Assembly: GCA_963801355.1 (NCBI GenBank)
Contig: CAWDEM010000008.1
Coordinates: 2,208,001-2,272,000 of the forward strand
Length of the DNA stretch: 64,000 nt
Direction of reading: 5' to 3'
Origin: Ignavibacteriota bacterium
Lineage (GTDB): Bacteria > Bacteroidota > Ignavibacteria > UBA10030 > UBA6906
Shown here: one piece after another, positions 44,960 through 57,421 of the stretch
How positions within the stretch are numbered: the stretch's first letter is position 1
Layout of the letters: every line of letters starts with the position of its first letter
The notes under the pieces: model-generated
Seen by the model: the letters and a program-made list of their open reading frames with translations, nothing else
What the model was told of the DNA's origin: nothing
The model's database searches: none
Made by a program: the position numbers and the translations under genes

Positions 44960-47845
44960 ATGTCAATAGCGTTTGAGGCAAATGAGCAGTTTGTGAACCG
45001 TCATATCGGCCCGGATCCGGCAGCGGTCGCCCGGATGCTCGAAGTTGTCGGGTCGAAGACTCTCGAAGAATTTATCAATTCTGTGGTCCCCCCCGCGCTC
45101 CGCAGCAAGACACAACTCAACATCGGTGCTCCGCTGACGGAAGCCGCGTTTCTTCTCGAAGCACGGCGCGTGGCGGCAATGAACGCCTCCTGCCGGTCTC
45201 TTGTCGGAATGGGCTACTACGGCACGATCACCCCGGGGGTGATCCTCCGGAACGTCCTCGAGAACCCCGGCTGGTACACGGCGTACACACCGTACCAGGC
45301 GGAGATAGCCCAGGGCCGGCTGGAGGCGCTCCTCAACTATCAGACAATGGTGGTCGATCTCACGGGAATGGAGATTGCCAACGCGTCTTTGCTCGATGAG
45401 GCAACGGCCGCAGCGGAAGCGATGACGATGTTCCATGCCATCAACGGGCGCCCCGCACACGGCGTCTTTGTTGTTTCGCGCGATTGCCATCCGCAAACGA
45501 TTGCGGTCGTGCAAACCCGCGCGAAACATCTCGGCATACGCGTTGAAGTCAGCGACCATGACGAGTATGCGTTCGATGCCGGAGTCTTCGGCCTGTTGCT
45601 GCAATACCCGGCGACCGACGGCGCCGTTGTGGACTACCGCGCGGTGGTCGACAGGGCGCACACCGCCGGAGCACACGTTGTCGTCGCCACTGATCTGCTT
45701 GCACTGACGTTGCTCACGCCTCCCGGCGAGTTCGGGGCGGATGCGGCGGTTGGCTCCACACAACGCTTTGGCGTGCCCATGGGATACGGCGGCCCGCATG
45801 CGGCATTTCTCGCAACACGCGACACGTTCAAGCGCCACATGCCGGGACGCATCATCGGTGTGTCGGTCGATGCTCAAGGGCAACCTGCTCTCCGGATGGC
45901 CCTCCAGACACGCGAGCAACATATCCGCAGGGAAAAAGCCACATCGAATATCTGCACCGCCCAGGTTCTCCTCGCGGTCATGGCGGGCATGTACGCGGTC
46001 TATCACGGACCGGACGGGCTGAGGCGCATCGCCACCAGAATTCATGAGCAGGCACGGACCCTCGCACATGCACTGGGTGAAGAGGGTCATCGGGTATGGC
46101 ACGCCGACTTCTTTGATACGCTCCGCATTACCCCGGCGACAACGCACCTGGCAGCCATCCGCAGATACGCCGAATCGTTCGGCTACAATTTCCGGTACTT
46201 TGATGACGGCAGCGCCGGCATCGCCCTGGATGAGCTGACGACACAGAAAGAACTGGGAGATATTCTCACCATTTTCTCCAGCGGCCGCCACGGCGAACCC
46301 GATATCGTGCGCGCTGCGGCGTCGCTGCAACCGGGCTATCACGGCACCAACCCGAGATCCTCGGCGTATCTGACACACCCGGTCTTCCACCGCCATCATG
46401 CCGAGACGGAAATGCTGCGATACGTTCACGGCCTCGAGGCCAGGGACCTCAGCCTCAACGTGAGCATGATTCCGCTGGGTTCGTGCACGATGAAGCTGAA
46501 TGCAACGACCGAGATGCTCCCCATCACCTGGCCGGAGTTCGCATCCCTGCATCCCTTCGCCCCGTCAGAACAGGCAGCGGGTTTTCGCGAAGTGTTCCGT
46601 CAACTCTCGAACTGGCTGGCCGATATCACGGGGTTCGCTGATGTCTCACTCCAGCCCAACGCCGGCGCACAGGGGGAGTATACGGGTCTGCTCGTCATCC
46701 GCGCTTTCCACGAGGCGCGCGGGGAGGCACACCGGAATATCTGCCTCATCCCGGCTTCCGCTCACGGCACGAACCCGGCGAGCGCCGTGATGGCCGGCAT
46801 GGAAGTGGTCATTGTGAAGTGCGACGCGGAAGGAAACATTGATGTCGCTGATCTGACCGCCAGAGCGCAGGAACACGCGTCGGGTCTCGCGGCACTCATG
46901 GTCACGTACCCCTCGACCCATGGAGTCTTTGAAGCGGCGATACAAGATATCTGCAATACCGTCCACGCTCATGGGGGTCAGGTGTACATGGATGGTGCGA
47001 ATATGAATGCCCAGGTCGGACTCTGTCGACCCGCCGAACTCGGGGCGGACGTATGTCACCTCAACCTGCACAAGACATTCAGCATCCCCCACGGCGGAGG
47101 CGGTCCGGGCATGGGACCCATTGCCGTGGCCCGGCATCTTGCACCGTTTCTGCCCGGCCACCCGGTCGTCTCCACGGGTGGCGACAAAGCCATCGGCCCC
47201 GTTTCCGCGGCACCCTACGGAAGTGCCGATGTCGTCCTGATATCCTGGGCATACATCGCCATGATGGGTAGCGAGGGACTGACACGCGCCACCGTCCTCG
47301 CGATCTTGAATGCAAACTACATGGCGAAGCGACTCTCGCAACACTACCCGGTGTTGTTCACCGGTGCCAACGGTCGTGTCGCCCATGAGTTCATCATCGA
47401 TCTGCGTCAATTCAAGGAGTCGGCTGGTATTGAGGCCGAAGACGTAGCAAAGCGGCTCATGGATTATGGATTCCACGCACCGACCGTCTCGTTCCCGGTC
47501 GCGGGCACGCTCATGATCGAACCGACGGAAAGTGAAACGCTGGAAGAGCTGGATCGTTTTTGCGATGCGCTGGTCTCGATTCGCCGGGAGATCCAGGCGA
47601 TCGAAGAGGGCAAAGCCGACAGGCAGCAGAATGTGCTGAAGAATGCACCTCACACGGCACAGGCCGTCATCAGCGACAACTGGTCCATGCCGTACAGCAG
47701 GGAACAGGCTGCCTACCCTGCCCCCTGGTTACGCAGACAGAAATTCTGGCCGGCGGTCGGACGTATCAACAATCCCTACGGCGACAGGAATCTGGTGTGC
47801 ACATGCCCGCCGGTAGAGGACTACGGGCGGGCACACACGACGTGA
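44960..47845 (+). CDS. gcvP: Glycine dehydrogenase (decarboxylating), single-chain P protein
   Basis: [41 protein letters not shown]. Confidence 0.98.
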   Translation: MSIAFEANEQFVNRHIGPDPAAVARMLEVVGSKTLEEFINSVVPPALRSKTQLNIGAPLTEAAFLLEARRVAAMNASCRSLVGMGYYGTITPGVILRNVLENPGWYTAYTPYQAEIAQGRLEALLNYQTMVVDLTGMEIANASLLDEATAAAEAMTMFHAINGRPAHGVFVVSRDCHPQTIAVVQTRAKHLGIRVEVSDHDEYAFDAGVFGLLLQYPATDGAVVDYRAVVDRAHTAGAHVVVATDLLALTLLTPPGEFGADAAVGSTQRFGVPMGYGGPHAAFLATRDTFKRHMPGRIIGVSVDAQGQPALRMALQTREQHIRREKATSNICTAQVLLAVMAGMYAVYHGPDGLRRIATRIHEQARTLAHALGEEGHRVWHADFFDTLRITPATTHLAAIRRYAESFGYNFRYFDDGSAGIALDELTTQKELGDILTIFSSGRHGEPDIVRAAASLQPGYHGTNPRSSAYLTHPVFHRHHAETEMLRYVHGLEARDLSLNVSMIPLGSCTMKLNATTEMLPITWPEFASLHPFAPSEQAAGFREVFRQLSNWLADITGFADVSLQPNAGAQGEYTGLLVIRAFHEARGEAHRNICLIPASAHGTNPASAVMAGMEVVIVKCDAEGNIDVADLTARAQEHASGLAALMVTYPSTHGVFEAAIQDICNTVHAHGGQVYMDGANMNAQVGLCRPAELGADVCHLNLHKTFSIPHGGGGPGMGPIAVARHLAPFLPGHPVVSTGGDKAIGPVSAAPYGSADVVLISWAYIAMMGSEGLTRATVLAILNANYMAKRLSQHYPVLFTGANGRVAHEFIIDLRQFKESAGIEAEDVAKRLMDYGFHAPTVSFPVAGTLMIEPTESETLEELDRFCDALVSIRREIQAIEEGKADRQQNVLKNAPHTAQAVISDNWSMPYSREQAAYPAPWLRRQKFWPAVGRINNPYGDRNLVCTCPPVEDYGRAHTT

Positions 47846-47902
47846 GCAGAGCATCCGGAGGACTGCCGCGGAGCGGTACCCCGGAACTCAGGGTAGGCAA
47901 GA

Positions 47903-47936
47903 GAAAGGGCGGCCGGTCGGCCGCCCTTCGTATTTT
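47903..47936. terminator. Bidirectional terminator between convergent gcvP and gcvH
   Basis: Stem AAGGGCGGCC/GGCCGCCCTT with T-rich tails on both strands. Confidence 0.7.
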
Positions 47937-47954
47937 AAGAGCGCATAGTAATGA

Positions 47955-48335
47955 TTACTTGCCGATGCTGGCCTTGTATGCGGCGGCATCCATGAGATCC
48001 TTCAGTTCACCGGTATTTGCTATCCTGACTTTCACCATCCACCCTTTGCCGTACGGGTCCTTGTTGACCAATTCGGGGGTCGCAGCAAGCTCGCCGTTGG
48101 CTTCCAGGATCTGACCGCTGACCGGCGCGTACAGATCAGAAACGGCTTTCACCGCCTCGATCGTACCGAACGACTCCCCCTTCTTCACTGTTTTGCCCGT
48201 CGCGGGGAGTTCGACGAAGACCACATCGCCGAGCTCGCCCTGCGCGTGATCGGTAATGCCCACCGTTCCCGTCGTCCCCTCGACAAGAATCCATTCATGA
48301 TCTTTAGTGTACTTCAGATTCTCAGGAAGCGTCAT
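47955..48335 (-). CDS. gcvH: Glycine cleavage system H protein
   Basis: [22 protein letters not shown] lipoyl-Lys, DPYG.GW. Confidence 0.97.
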   Translation of the reverse strand: MTLPENLKYTKDHEWILVEGTTGTVGITDHAQGELGDVVFVELPATGKTVKKGESFGTIEAVKAVSDLYAPVSGQILEANGELAATPELVNKDPYGKGWMVKVRIANTGELKDLMDAAAYKASIGK

Positions 48336-48374
48336 GGTCTCATCCTTTCATAGTGTTTCTTGTCACCCCGGAAT

Positions 48375-49721
48375 TCAGCCTTCGGGGATGAACTCAAAGC
48401 TCTCGAGGAAGCCTGTATCAAATGTTCCCCTGCGGAATCGTTCGTCCATCATCACCTGACGATGGAAGGGGATGGTTGTTTTGATCCCTTCAATGGTAAA
48501 CTCATCCAGGGCGCTGGCCATTTTGGCGATGGCCCCGTCCCGCGTCCGCGCGAATACCACGAGTTTCGCAATAAGGGAATCATAATACGGCGGCACGTGA
48601 TAGCCCGTATAACAGTGCGTATCCACCCGTACGCCGAATCCGCCCGGCATGTGGAAGTCGGTGATCTTCCCCGGACTGGGCCGGAAGTCGTTGGAGGGAT
48701 CCTCTGCGTTGATACGGCATTCGATGGCGTGCCCGCGGTGCGGGATCTTCTTGCGCGGCAGACGCTCGCCCGCAGCCACCTGCAACTGGAGCTTCACAAG
48801 ATCATAGCCGGTCACCTGCTCGGTGACGGGATGCTCCACCTGGATCCTGGTGTTCATCTCCATGAAATAAAAGTTCTTGTCTTTGTCGACAAGAAATTCG
48901 ATTGTCCCGGCATTCTCATATCCGACCGCCCTGCACCCTTTGATTGCCGCATCGCCCATCTTTCGCCTCAGGACTTCATCAACCAGGGGTGACGGAGCCT
49001 CTTCGATGAGTTTCTGGTGCCGCCGTTGAACGGAACAGTCGCGCTCGCCGAAATGAATGACGTTCCCGTGCTGGTCGCCGAAGACCTGGATTTCGACGTG
49101 GTGGGGTTGATCAACGAATTTCTCAATGTAGAGGCCGGGATTGGCAAACGCCTGCTCCGCTTCGTGCGCCGCGGTCTTCAATGCGGCATCCATCTCCGCT
49201 TCCTCGCGCACGACGCGCATGCCCCTGCCTCCGCCTCCAGCCACGGCCTTGATGATTACCGGATACCCGATGACCCTGGCAATCTCCGCCGCTTCCCCCG
49301 GCGTGGCCACAATGCCGTCGCTACCGGGCACAACAGGGACCCCCGCTTTCTTCATGGCCTCCTTTGCCAGTGCCTTGTCACCCATGGCCGCGATCATCTG
49401 GGGACTCGGGCCTATGAATTTGATACCCGAGGAGGAACAGATTTCGGCAAAGCCCGCATTCTCCGCAAGAAAACCATACCCCGGGTGGATCGCATCAGCG
49501 TTCGTGATTTCGGCAGCAGCAATAATGCGCGGAATTTTCAGATAGCTCTCTTTTGCCGCGGCCGGGCCGATGCAGACGGCTTCGTCGGCAAACCGCACAT
49601 GGAGGGAATCACGATCAGCCTGTGAATAGACGGCAACGGTCTTCACCCCGAACTGCTTGCACACACGGATGATGCGCAACGCAATTTCGCCGCGGTTGGC
49701 AATCAGTACTTTCGTGAACAC
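48375..49721 (-). CDS. accC: Biotin carboxylase
   Basis: [38 protein letters not shown]. Confidence 0.97.
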   Translation of the reverse strand: MFTKVLIANRGEIALRIIRVCKQFGVKTVAVYSQADRDSLHVRFADEAVCIGPAAAKESYLKIPRIIAAAEITNADAIHPGYGFLAENAGFAEICSSSGIKFIGPSPQMIAAMGDKALAKEAMKKAGVPVVPGSDGIVATPGEAAEIARVIGYPVIIKAVAGGGGRGMRVVREEAEMDAALKTAAHEAEQAFANPGLYIEKFVDQPHHVEIQVFGDQHGNVIHFGERDCSVQRRHQKLIEEAPSPLVDEVLRRKMGDAAIKGCRAVGYENAGTIEFLVDKDKNFYFMEMNTRIQVEHPVTEQVTGYDLVKLQLQVAAGERLPRKKIPHRGHAIECRINAEDPSNDFRPSPGKITDFHMPGGFGVRVDTHCYTGYHVPPYYDSLIAKLVVFARTRDGAIAKMASALDEFTIEGIKTTIPFHRQVMMDERFRRGTFDTGFLESFEFIPEG

Positions 49722-49747
49722 GAGGGGGGCTCCGGATTTCTGCCGGG

Positions 49748-50242
49748 TTACGGTTTTTCAATCAGGAAGAGCACCTGATCGTATTCCACCGGTTGCGCGT
49801 TTTCCACCATTACCTTGGCGACTCTGCCGGCGACATCTGACTCGATCTCATTCATCAGCTTCATCGCTTCGACAATACACAGCACGGTTCCGGGTTGAAC
49901 CTCAGTCCCGACCTGAACAAACGGCGCGGCATCAGGCGCAGGCGCCCGATAGAATGTGCCGACAATAGGCGAACGGATTTCCATCCTCGTGTCTGCCGGG
50001 GTCGGAGGAGGGAGAGCAGCAGCCTGTCCCGCAGCCGGAACAGGTGCCGGAGCAGTGACTGCAGAGGGCGGTGCGGCATGACGGTAAGCATCCGGCGTCC
50101 AGACCGGTGGCGCAGGTGGAACTGCCATGCGCTGCGGATGTTTTGCAACGCGGACCTTCTTCCCTTCCTCCTCTATCTCAATTTCATCCACGTCACTGTC
50201 GGAAAGGAGCTTGACAAGCTTTTTGATGAGGCTCAGATCCAT
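49748..50242 (-). CDS. accB: Biotin carboxyl carrier protein
   Basis: [18 protein letters not shown]. Confidence 0.97.
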   Translation of the reverse strand: MDLSLIKKLVKLLSDSDVDEIEIEEEGKKVRVAKHPQRMAVPPAPPVWTPDAYRHAAPPSAVTAPAPVPAAGQAAALPPPTPADTRMEIRSPIVGTFYRAPAPDAAPFVQVGTEVQPGTVLCIVEAMKLMNEIESDVAGRVAKVMVENAQPVEYDQVLFLIEKP

Positions 50243-50265
50243 GAGATCTCCAGGCTTCGTGAGGG

Positions 50266-50829
50266 TTAGTTCTTGACCCGCTCGATGTAGCCTCCGGTTC
50301 GAGTGTCAATCTTGATGGTATCCCCCTCGTTCACAAACAAAGGCACGTTCACGGTGGCGCCGGTCTCCACCTTTGCAGGCTTCGTTCCCGCATTGGCGCT
50401 GTCGCCACGTACACCGGGGACGGTCTCCGTAACCTTCAACTCCACCGTGATCGGGATTTCTATGCCCGTGATGTCCGTGCCGTTGAACAATATGTCCACC
50501 GACTCGCCATCCTTGAGAAATCCCGCCCCGTCACCAATCTGCTCCCGGGACACGGTCATCTGATCATAGGTTTCCTTGTCCATGAACACATACCCGCTGC
50601 CGTCATGGTACAGGAACTGGTATTCTTTCCGTTCTATACGTATGATCTCGACGGCCTCACCGGCGCGGAACCTGTTTTCGAGGACCTTCCCGCTCTTCAG
50701 GTTCTTCAATTTCGTGCGCACGAACGCGCGCCAATTGCCAGGATTCACATGCTGGAATTCGACAATGGTCCAAAGTTCGTTGTTGTACTTGATCACCAAA
50801 CCGGGTCGGAAGTCAGAAGTCGAGGGCAT
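50266..50829 (-). CDS. efp: Elongation factor P (PGNW loop)
   Basis: [22 protein letters not shown]...VPLFV; TTGACA-17-TATCGT promoter at 50872-50900. Confidence 0.95.
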   Translation of the reverse strand: MPSTSDFRPGLVIKYNNELWTIVEFQHVNPGNWRAFVRTKLKNLKSGKVLENRFRAGEAVEIIRIERKEYQFLYHDGSGYVFMDKETYDQMTVSREQIGDGAGFLKDGESVDILFNGTDITGIEIPITVELKVTETVPGVRGDSANAGTKPAKVETGATVNVPLFVNEGDTIKIDTRTGGYIERVKN

Positions 50830-50953
50830 AAATACTGGAAATAGTGAAGGAAAGTGTCAAAAGTGAACTAAACGATACCAATTCTGCCCTCAAATGTCAA
50901 GGAAACCACCGAAAACTGTTGATTCCCTTCACAAAATCGTGTATTCTTGAAGC

Positions 50954-51286
50954 ATGCGCATCCTCGCCACCTGTTTCATTTGCCTTCTCATGTCCGCCTG
51001 CCGGGTCGGGCGAGAACCGGACGGGACGCTTGACCGGGAATCCTACCTGGCGGTGTACTGCGATCTGATCCAGGAATCGTTGCGTGGAAAGAATGCAGGC
51101 ACTGACCCGCGGACAGCTATGCAGAATGCCGAGCGGGTTCTGGCGACTCACGGCACGACACGAGCCGAATTCGACAGCACAACAAGATGGTACAACGCCG
51201 ATGTCAACCGCTGGAAGCTCTTCTTTGACGACGCAGCGAAGGAACTTGAATCCCGGGAGCTTTCCAACCCCCGGACGCCCCGGTAG
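50954..51286 (+). CDS. Small lipoprotein, DUF4296-like
   Basis: Lipobox MSAC; HG.T..EFDST..WY pattern; TTGATT-17-TATTCT-6 nt-ATG. Confidence 0.6.
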   Translation: MRILATCFICLLMSACRVGREPDGTLDRESYLAVYCDLIQESLRGKNAGTDPRTAMQNAERVLATHGTTRAEFDSTTRWYNADVNRWKLFFDDAAKELESRELSNPRTPR

Positions 51287-51294
51287 CCCTGCAC

Positions 51295-52290
51295 CTACCG
51301 GACCTCTCCCATGACGATCGGATGTTCACGTCTGCGACGCAACGCGAGAAGCATGGCATCCGCCTGCCTCGAAGGCACAACCATAATCATCCCGACCCCA
51401 AGGTTGAACGTCCTCCGCATGTCTTCCTCCGGAACATCGCCCACGCGTTGCATCAGCTTGAAGATCACCGGGCGTTCCCAGGCATCCCAATCAATGCGGA
51501 GCGACATCCCCGCGGGAACCACCCGCATAGTATTCCCCACAATGCCCCCACCCGTGATGTGCGACAACCCGTGAACAGCATAGCGTTCCAGAAGTGGTCT
51601 GACAACGTGGAGGTAAGAGCGGTGCACGGCGAGCAAGGCATCGGCGAGAGTAGTCCCGAGATCGGGCACCCGCGCATGGATATCGTACGTACCGAGCAGC
51701 ACAGCCCGCGCGAGAGAAAAACCGTTCGTGTGCAGGCCGGTCGAGGGTAGTCCGATCAAAACGTCCCCCCGCCTGATCCGGCGGCCGTCAACGATTTTCC
51801 TTTTCTCGACGACACCGACGATTGTACCCGCAAGGTCATAGTCCTCCCCATTGTACATTCCCGGCATTTCGGCAGTCTCCCCACCCACCAGCGCACAGCC
51901 GTTTTCCTTGCATGCTTTTGCGAACCCGGCGATGACCTCGGTGGCTATCGCAAGGTCCAGCTTGCCCGTGGCAAAATAGTCCAGGAAGAACAGCGGGGAG
52001 GCACCACACGCCAGGATGTCATTGACGCAGTGGTTGACCAGGTCCTGGCCGACCGTGTCATGCCGTCCTGCAAGGCGGGCAACCAGGAGTTTTGTGCCGA
52101 CGCCATCAACACTCGAGACAAGCACCGGTGATTTTACACGGGGAAAACGCGCATCATAGAATGCACCAAACGTTCCGATATCGCGAAGCACGGCGGGAGT
52201 GAATGTCGACCGGACAGAGCGCTTGATACGCCGGACAAATTCGTTGCCTGCGGCGATATCGACGCCTGCCTGTGCATAGGTCGTTGCCAT
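51295..52290 (-). CDS. purM: Phosphoribosylformylglycinamidine cyclo-ligase
   Basis: YAQAGVD, DGVGTK, GGETAEMP, HITGGG, FNLGVG; TTGCAA-17-TACAAT promoter at 52330-52358. Confidence 0.97.
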   Translation of the reverse strand: MATTYAQAGVDIAAGNEFVRRIKRSVRSTFTPAVLRDIGTFGAFYDARFPRVKSPVLVSSVDGVGTKLLVARLAGRHDTVGQDLVNHCVNDILACGASPLFFLDYFATGKLDLAIATEVIAGFAKACKENGCALVGGETAEMPGMYNGEDYDLAGTIVGVVEKRKIVDGRRIRRGDVLIGLPSTGLHTNGFSLARAVLLGTYDIHARVPDLGTTLADALLAVHRSYLHVVRPLLERYAVHGLSHITGGGIVGNTMRVVPAGMSLRIDWDAWERPVIFKLMQRVGDVPEEDMRRTFNLGVGMIMVVPSRQADAMLLALRRRREHPIVMGEVR

Positions 52291-52466
52291 GAGAACTCCG
52301 AAGGGGATAGGCGAAAGACATCCAGGCAGATTGTATGCAGAATTGGCGGAAATTGCAAGGAGGTCGCAGTGCGAGGGTCACAGTCCGACCCTGAGGTGGT
52401 TTGCGATTCACGTTCCCCACCGGTATATTCTTCAACACTCCACACAGCAACCATCCGGGCGGACAC

Positions 52467-53141
52467 ATGACCACTTTGCACTTCAAGGATAGCTCTATGA
52501 CGCTGCCGGCAGGCAAGCTCATCTGTCTCGGCCGCAACTATGTCGAGCACGCTAAAGAGATGAACGCCGATCCCCCCAAAGAACCCGTCCTCTTTTTGAA
52601 ACCGTCAACCGCCATACTCCCTTCCGGCGGGACTATCGTCATCCCCCCCTTCTCCCGCGAACTCCACCACGAAGTGGAGCTGGTGGCCCTCATTACAAGG
52701 GCGGGCAGCAAGATTCCGAGGAGCGATGCAATGAACCATATCGGAGGATATGCGGTCGGCCTCGACATGACGCTTCGCGACGTTCAGGCGGACGCCAAGA
52801 AGAAAGGGCTTCCCTGGAGTGTCTCCAAAGGATTTGACACCTCGGCTCCGCTCTCCGCGTTTGTCACGAGCGACTCCGTCGGTGACCCCCACAATCTGGA
52901 CATCTCGCTCTCTGTCAACGGCACCGTCAGACAGCACTCGTGCACCCGCAATATGATCTTCCGGCTCGACGAAGTTGTGGCCTATGTTTCTTCAATTTTC
53001 ACGCTGGAACCGGGGGATCTGATTTTTACGGGAACCCCCGAGGGTGTGGGCCCCGTGAACCCGGGCGACGTCATTTCCGCCGAAATCGAGGGAATAGGCT
53101 CTCTTACCGCCACTGTCGGCGCGTTCGCCGGCGTGCGTTGA
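52467..53141 (+). CDS. Fumarylacetoacetate hydrolase family protein
   Basis: CLGRNY..HAKE, HHEVEL, DMTLRD, KGFD, GDLIFTGTPEGVG; TTGCGA-17-TATATT promoter at 52401-52429. Confidence 0.92.
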   Translation: MTTLHFKDSSMTLPAGKLICLGRNYVEHAKEMNADPPKEPVLFLKPSTAILPSGGTIVIPPFSRELHHEVELVALITRAGSKIPRSDAMNHIGGYAVGLDMTLRDVQADAKKKGLPWSVSKGFDTSAPLSAFVTSDSVGDPHNLDISLSVNGTVRQHSCTRNMIFRLDEVVAYVSSIFTLEPGDLIFTGTPEGVGPVNPGDVISAEIEGIGSLTATVGAFAGVR

Positions 53142-53202
53142 TAATCATGGGGCAAAGCGGTAGATTGATTTTTATCCCGAAACAAACCGTTGGAGCAACT
53201 GA

Positions 53203-55971
53203 TTGTCAGAACTGCCACAGGATTCGTCACTGCCGAAGGTCTACTCCCCCAGCGAAGTGGAGGAGAAATGGTATGACTACTGGGAGAAGAATCACCTCTT
53301 CCGGTCCCGCGTGAACCCCGCGAAGAAACCTTATACGATCGTCATACCCCCCCCCAACGTCACCGGTGTGCTCCACATGGGGCACATCCTGAACAACACA
53401 CTGCAGGACGCTTTTATACGGTACCATCGCATGATGGGAGACGAATCGTGCTGGATACCGGGAACGGACCATGCGGGCATAGCCACTCAGAACGTCGTGG
53501 AACGTTCCCTCACGAAAGAAGGGAAGACCCGGCATGACCTCGGACGTGAGCGATTTGTCGAACGGGTGTGGGAGTGGCGGAAACAGTATGGCGGTGTGAT
53601 CATCAAGCAATTGCGCAAGCTCGGGGCCTCCTGTGACTGGGAACGTGAACGATTTACCATGGATGAGAGCCTTTCCGCGGCGGTGCGCGAGGTCTTTGTG
53701 CGTCTCTACGAGGAGGGATTAATCTACCGGGGGGAATACATCGTCAACTGGTGCCCCAAGGACCATACCGCCATCAGTGACGATGAAGTAAACTTCTTTG
53801 AGCAGAAGGGAAAACTCTACTATATAAAGTACCCTATCCTCAGCGATGACACATCGGCACCCACAGGCAAACACCTCACGGTTGCGACGACCCGCCCGGA
53901 GACGATGCTGGGTGACACTGCAGTAGCCGTCAACCCCAAGGACGAACGGTACGCCCACCTCGTGGGAAAGAAGGTGCTTCTCCCCCTGACTGACCGCGAG
54001 ATACCGATCATTGCTGACATGTTCGTCGATCCCGCATTCGGCACAGGAATGGTGAAGGTGACGCCTGCGCACGACCCAAACGACTTCATGATTGGTCAAC
54101 GCCACAACCTTCCTCAGATCAACATCTTCGATATTTCTGCCAGAATCAACGAGAACGCACCGCGTAAATACCGCGGCAAAGACCGCTATGACGCCCGCCG
54201 GCAGGTGCTTGAGGATCTTGAAAAAGAAGGCTTGCTGGCCAGAACGGAAGAACATCTGCACAATGTCGGTCGGTGCTACCGGTGCGATACCGTTATCGAA
54301 CCGTATCTTTCGGACCAGTGGTTTGTACGGATGAAACCGCTCGCAGAACCGGCATTGAAGGTTGTAACAGACGGGACAATTCGTTTCTATCCCGACCGGT
54401 GGGTAAAAGTCTACGACCACTGGATGGAGAACATCCGGGATTGGTGCATCTCTCGACAGCTCTGGTGGGGACACCGCATTCCCGTCTGGTTCTGCCAGGG
54501 AGAAGGCACACGGCCCGGGTGCCCGGAACCGATCGTCCGTCGCACCGCTCCCGATCGTTGTCCGACATGCGGCAGCGCACATCTCCGCCAGGATGACGAT
54601 GTTCTCGACACGTGGTTTTCCTCCTGGCTCTGGCCGTTCTCGGTGCACGACTGGCCTCTTGAGAAAGAACTCGGCAAGGCGGAAGACCTGGGGTATTATT
54701 TTCCGACGAGCACACTGGTCACCGCCCCGGATATCATCTTCTTCTGGGTTGCCCGGATGATCATGGCGAGCCTCAAGTTCGGACCAAGCTTCACGGGGAG
54801 TAGTGATCCGGCAAAGAACATTCCGTTCCACGACGTCTACTTCACCAGCCTGGTGCGGGACGACAAGGGGCGCAAGATGTCGAAATCGCTCGGGAATTCT
54901 CCCGAGCCGCTGGATTTGATCGCGGAATTCGGCGCGGACGCGGTGCGGTTCACCATTCTCTATCTCGCGCCCCTCGGGCAGGATATTCTCTACTCGCGCG
55001 AGAAGAACGAGCTGGGCCGCAACTTTGCAAACAAAATCTGGAACGCCGGCCGGTTCCTGCTTATGAACCGTGACCAGATCGGGGAAGCTGCCCGCACGCC
55101 GGCATCGAGAGAATGCAATCTCGAACACCTTGACCTTGCCGACCGCTGGATCCTTTCACGGCTGCACTCCACGACCGCGGGGGTGTTCGGGGGGCTGAAG
55201 GAGTACGAGATCAACAAAATCTCCAAGAGCGTGTACGATTTCTTCTGGCATGACTACTGTGACTGGTATATCGAGATGGTGAAGTCGCGCCTGTACGGCA
55301 ACGAGCCAGACAACGTCAAACAGGCTGTCATCACACGTGCACTCGATATCTACGATGCAGCATTGCGCTTGCTGCACCCCCTCATGCCGTTCGTCACCGA
55401 AGAACTCTGGCAAAACATCCGCCGGCGGGGGCCAGTGGAATCCATTATGCATGCCCAGCTCCTCGCGGCCGATCCATCCTTCATCGCCCCGGATGTCGAA
55501 CAGGAAATGGCGTTCGTGCAGAGAGTCATTGAATCCCTGCGGACACTCCGGAGCGAAATGAGCATCCCTCCGTCGAAGGAAATCGCGCTCCAGATGCGTG
55601 TCAGCCACGGCCACTCGTCTGAAAGCGTACGGCGCTACGAAGGCTATCTGCAGCGGCTGGCCCGGGTGACTTCATTGACGTTTTTGAAGGCCGGTGGCCG
55701 GCCGGGCGTCGCAGCCAGCGCCGTCGTGGACGGCGAAGAACTGTTCGTGCCGCTGGAAGGGGTGATCGACCTTGACGTGGAACGCGCCCGCGTGCAGAAG
55801 GAGGTCGACCGGGTCGGTTCCATGCTGGAAGGGGTCCGCCGGAAATTGAACAACGAGAGCTTCATCGAAAAAGCCCCGAAGGAAGTCATTGACAGGGAGA
55901 GAGAGAAGCTGGAGGCCTTCGCCCGCACGATGGAGAAGCTCGAGAAGAACCTGGAAATGCTGAAATCGTGA
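53203..55971 (+). CDS. valS: Valine--tRNA ligase
   Basis: [33 protein letters not shown]-terminal coiled coil; TTG start with SD GGAG. Confidence 0.98.
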   Translation: MSELPQDSSLPKVYSPSEVEEKWYDYWEKNHLFRSRVNPAKKPYTIVIPPPNVTGVLHMGHILNNTLQDAFIRYHRMMGDESCWIPGTDHAGIATQNVVERSLTKEGKTRHDLGRERFVERVWEWRKQYGGVIIKQLRKLGASCDWERERFTMDESLSAAVREVFVRLYEEGLIYRGEYIVNWCPKDHTAISDDEVNFFEQKGKLYYIKYPILSDDTSAPTGKHLTVATTRPETMLGDTAVAVNPKDERYAHLVGKKVLLPLTDREIPIIADMFVDPAFGTGMVKVTPAHDPNDFMIGQRHNLPQINIFDISARINENAPRKYRGKDRYDARRQVLEDLEKEGLLARTEEHLHNVGRCYRCDTVIEPYLSDQWFVRMKPLAEPALKVVTDGTIRFYPDRWVKVYDHWMENIRDWCISRQLWWGHRIPVWFCQGEGTRPGCPEPIVRRTAPDRCPTCGSAHLRQDDDVLDTWFSSWLWPFSVHDWPLEKELGKAEDLGYYFPTSTLVTAPDIIFFWVARMIMASLKFGPSFTGSSDPAKNIPFHDVYFTSLVRDDKGRKMSKSLGNSPEPLDLIAEFGADAVRFTILYLAPLGQDILYSREKNELGRNFANKIWNAGRFLLMNRDQIGEAARTPASRECNLEHLDLADRWILSRLHSTTAGVFGGLKEYEINKISKSVYDFFWHDYCDWYIEMVKSRLYGNEPDNVKQAVITRALDIYDAALRLLHPLMPFVTEELWQNIRRRGPVESIMHAQLLAADPSFIAPDVEQEMAFVQRVIESLRTLRSEMSIPPSKEIALQMRVSHGHSSESVRRYEGYLQRLARVTSLTFLKAGGRPGVAASAVVDGEELFVPLEGVIDLDVERARVQKEVDRVGSMLEGVRRKLNNESFIEKAPKEVIDREREKLEAFARTMEKLEKNLEMLKS

Positions 55972-55983
55972 ACCGGACCCGGC

Positions 55984-57384
55984 ATGGCGCACACCCGCAT
56001 CACCAATGACATTCGCGATCAACTCCGGTCCATTGCCGGAGCCGACGCCGTGACATCCGACCACAACGACCTTGTGACCTACGGCCAGGATGAGACCGAA
56101 GATCTGCTGTTCGAGCCGGAGGTCGTCGTCAAGCCGGGCACGACGCAACAGGTTTCCGCGATCATGGCGCTGGCAACCCGTCACCGCATTCCCGTGACTC
56201 CGCGCGCTGGCGGCACAGGGCTCTCCGGCGGGGCACTCCCGGTGCAGGGGGGTATCCTCCTCTCCATGGAACGGTTCAACCGCATCCTGGAGATCGACGA
56301 ACGCAATCTGCAGGTGGTGGTCGAACCGGGGGTGATAACCCAGAAGTTGCAGGAGGCGGTTGAGGAGCTGGGTTTGTACTATCCCCCGGACCCTGCTTCC
56401 CGGGGGAGCTGTCACATCGGCGGGAACCTGGCGGAATGCGCCGGCGGTCCCCATGCCGTGAAATACGGCGTCACAAAAGACTACGTTCTCGGCATCGAAG
56501 CGGTGTTGCCTGACGGTGTGATCTTCACGACCGGCGCCCGCGTATTGAAGAATGTCACAGGATACAATCTTACACAGCTGATCATCGGAAGTGAAGGGAC
56601 CCTTGCCGTCATCACGAAGGTCATCCTCCGCCTCATCCCCCTTCCCAGGCACCGCAAAGTTTTGCTTGTGGCGTTTGGCTCGCTGGACGACGCCGCATCG
56701 GCGGTTGTAACGATCTTCCAGCGCGGCATTACACCATCCGCGCTGGAATTCCTGGAACGGGCCGCGGTGAAGGCGGCCGAAGAGCGCCAGGGCAAACACT
56801 TCCCCAATGGTGAGGCAGCCGCACAACTCCTCATTGAAGTCGACGGCTACCATGAAGAGCCACTGTCAGAGGAAGTCCAGGCCATCGCGGAGGCAGTGGA
56901 AGCCCACCATGCAGTCGATGTCCTGCTTGCCGAAGACCGTGCCAAAGTCGAGGAGGTGTGGGCCCTGCGGCGGGGTATCGGGGAAGCCGTGAAGTCGATC
57001 TCGGCCTACCGCGAGGAAGACACCGTCGTGCCGCGTGCCAGGCTTCCGGAGTTGGTTTCGGGGGCGAAGAAAATCTGCGGTGCGCACGGTCTGACGACGA
57101 TATGCTACGGCCATGCCGGTGACGGCAATGTGCACATCAATATCTTGAAAGACCAGATGGATCAACACACCTGGGAGCGGGTGATCGACCCGGCGATACG
57201 GGAGCTGTTTGCTTTCGTTGTCTCCCTGGGCGGCACACTCTCGGCCGAACACGGTATCGGCTACTCGCAAAAAGCTTACTTACCCCTCGCCGTCTCCGCA
57301 ACGGAGCTGCGGCTCATGAAGGGGATCAAGCACCTCTTCGACCCCGGGGGCATTCTGAATCCGGGGAAGGTGTTTCCGGACTGA
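55984..57384 (+). CDS. FAD-linked oxidase (GlcD / D-lactate dehydrogenase family)
   Basis: [40 protein letters not shown]. Confidence 0.9.
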   Translation: MAHTRITNDIRDQLRSIAGADAVTSDHNDLVTYGQDETEDLLFEPEVVVKPGTTQQVSAIMALATRHRIPVTPRAGGTGLSGGALPVQGGILLSMERFNRILEIDERNLQVVVEPGVITQKLQEAVEELGLYYPPDPASRGSCHIGGNLAECAGGPHAVKYGVTKDYVLGIEAVLPDGVIFTTGARVLKNVTGYNLTQLIIGSEGTLAVITKVILRLIPLPRHRKVLLVAFGSLDDAASAVVTIFQRGITPSALEFLERAAVKAAEERQGKHFPNGEAAAQLLIEVDGYHEEPLSEEVQAIAEAVEAHHAVDVLLAEDRAKVEEVWALRRGIGEAVKSISAYREEDTVVPRARLPELVSGAKKICGAHGLTTICYGHAGDGNVHINILKDQMDQHTWERVIDPAIRELFAFVVSLGGTLSAEHGIGYSQKAYLPLAVSATELRLMKGIKHLFDPGGILNPGKVFPD

Positions 57385-57386
57385 CG

Positions 57387-57414
57387 TTGCATCTTCGTTT
57401 CTTTCGGCTATATT
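57387..57414 (+). promoter_or_regulatory. deoC promoter (leaderless geometry)
   Basis: TTGCAT-16-TATATT-7 nt-ATG. Confidence 0.55.
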
Positions 57415-57421
57415 AGGCACT

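Noticed and set aside
44963-46552. 529-aa minus-strand ORF (and the similar 53719-55128, 55672-56853)
   Set aside because: Antisense to gcvP, valS and the FAD oxidase, which are clearly the real genes
47955-50829. efp-accB-accC-gcvH order as a novel system
   Set aside because: efp-accBC linkage is common and gcvT is probably elsewhere; nothing in the sequence points to a new function
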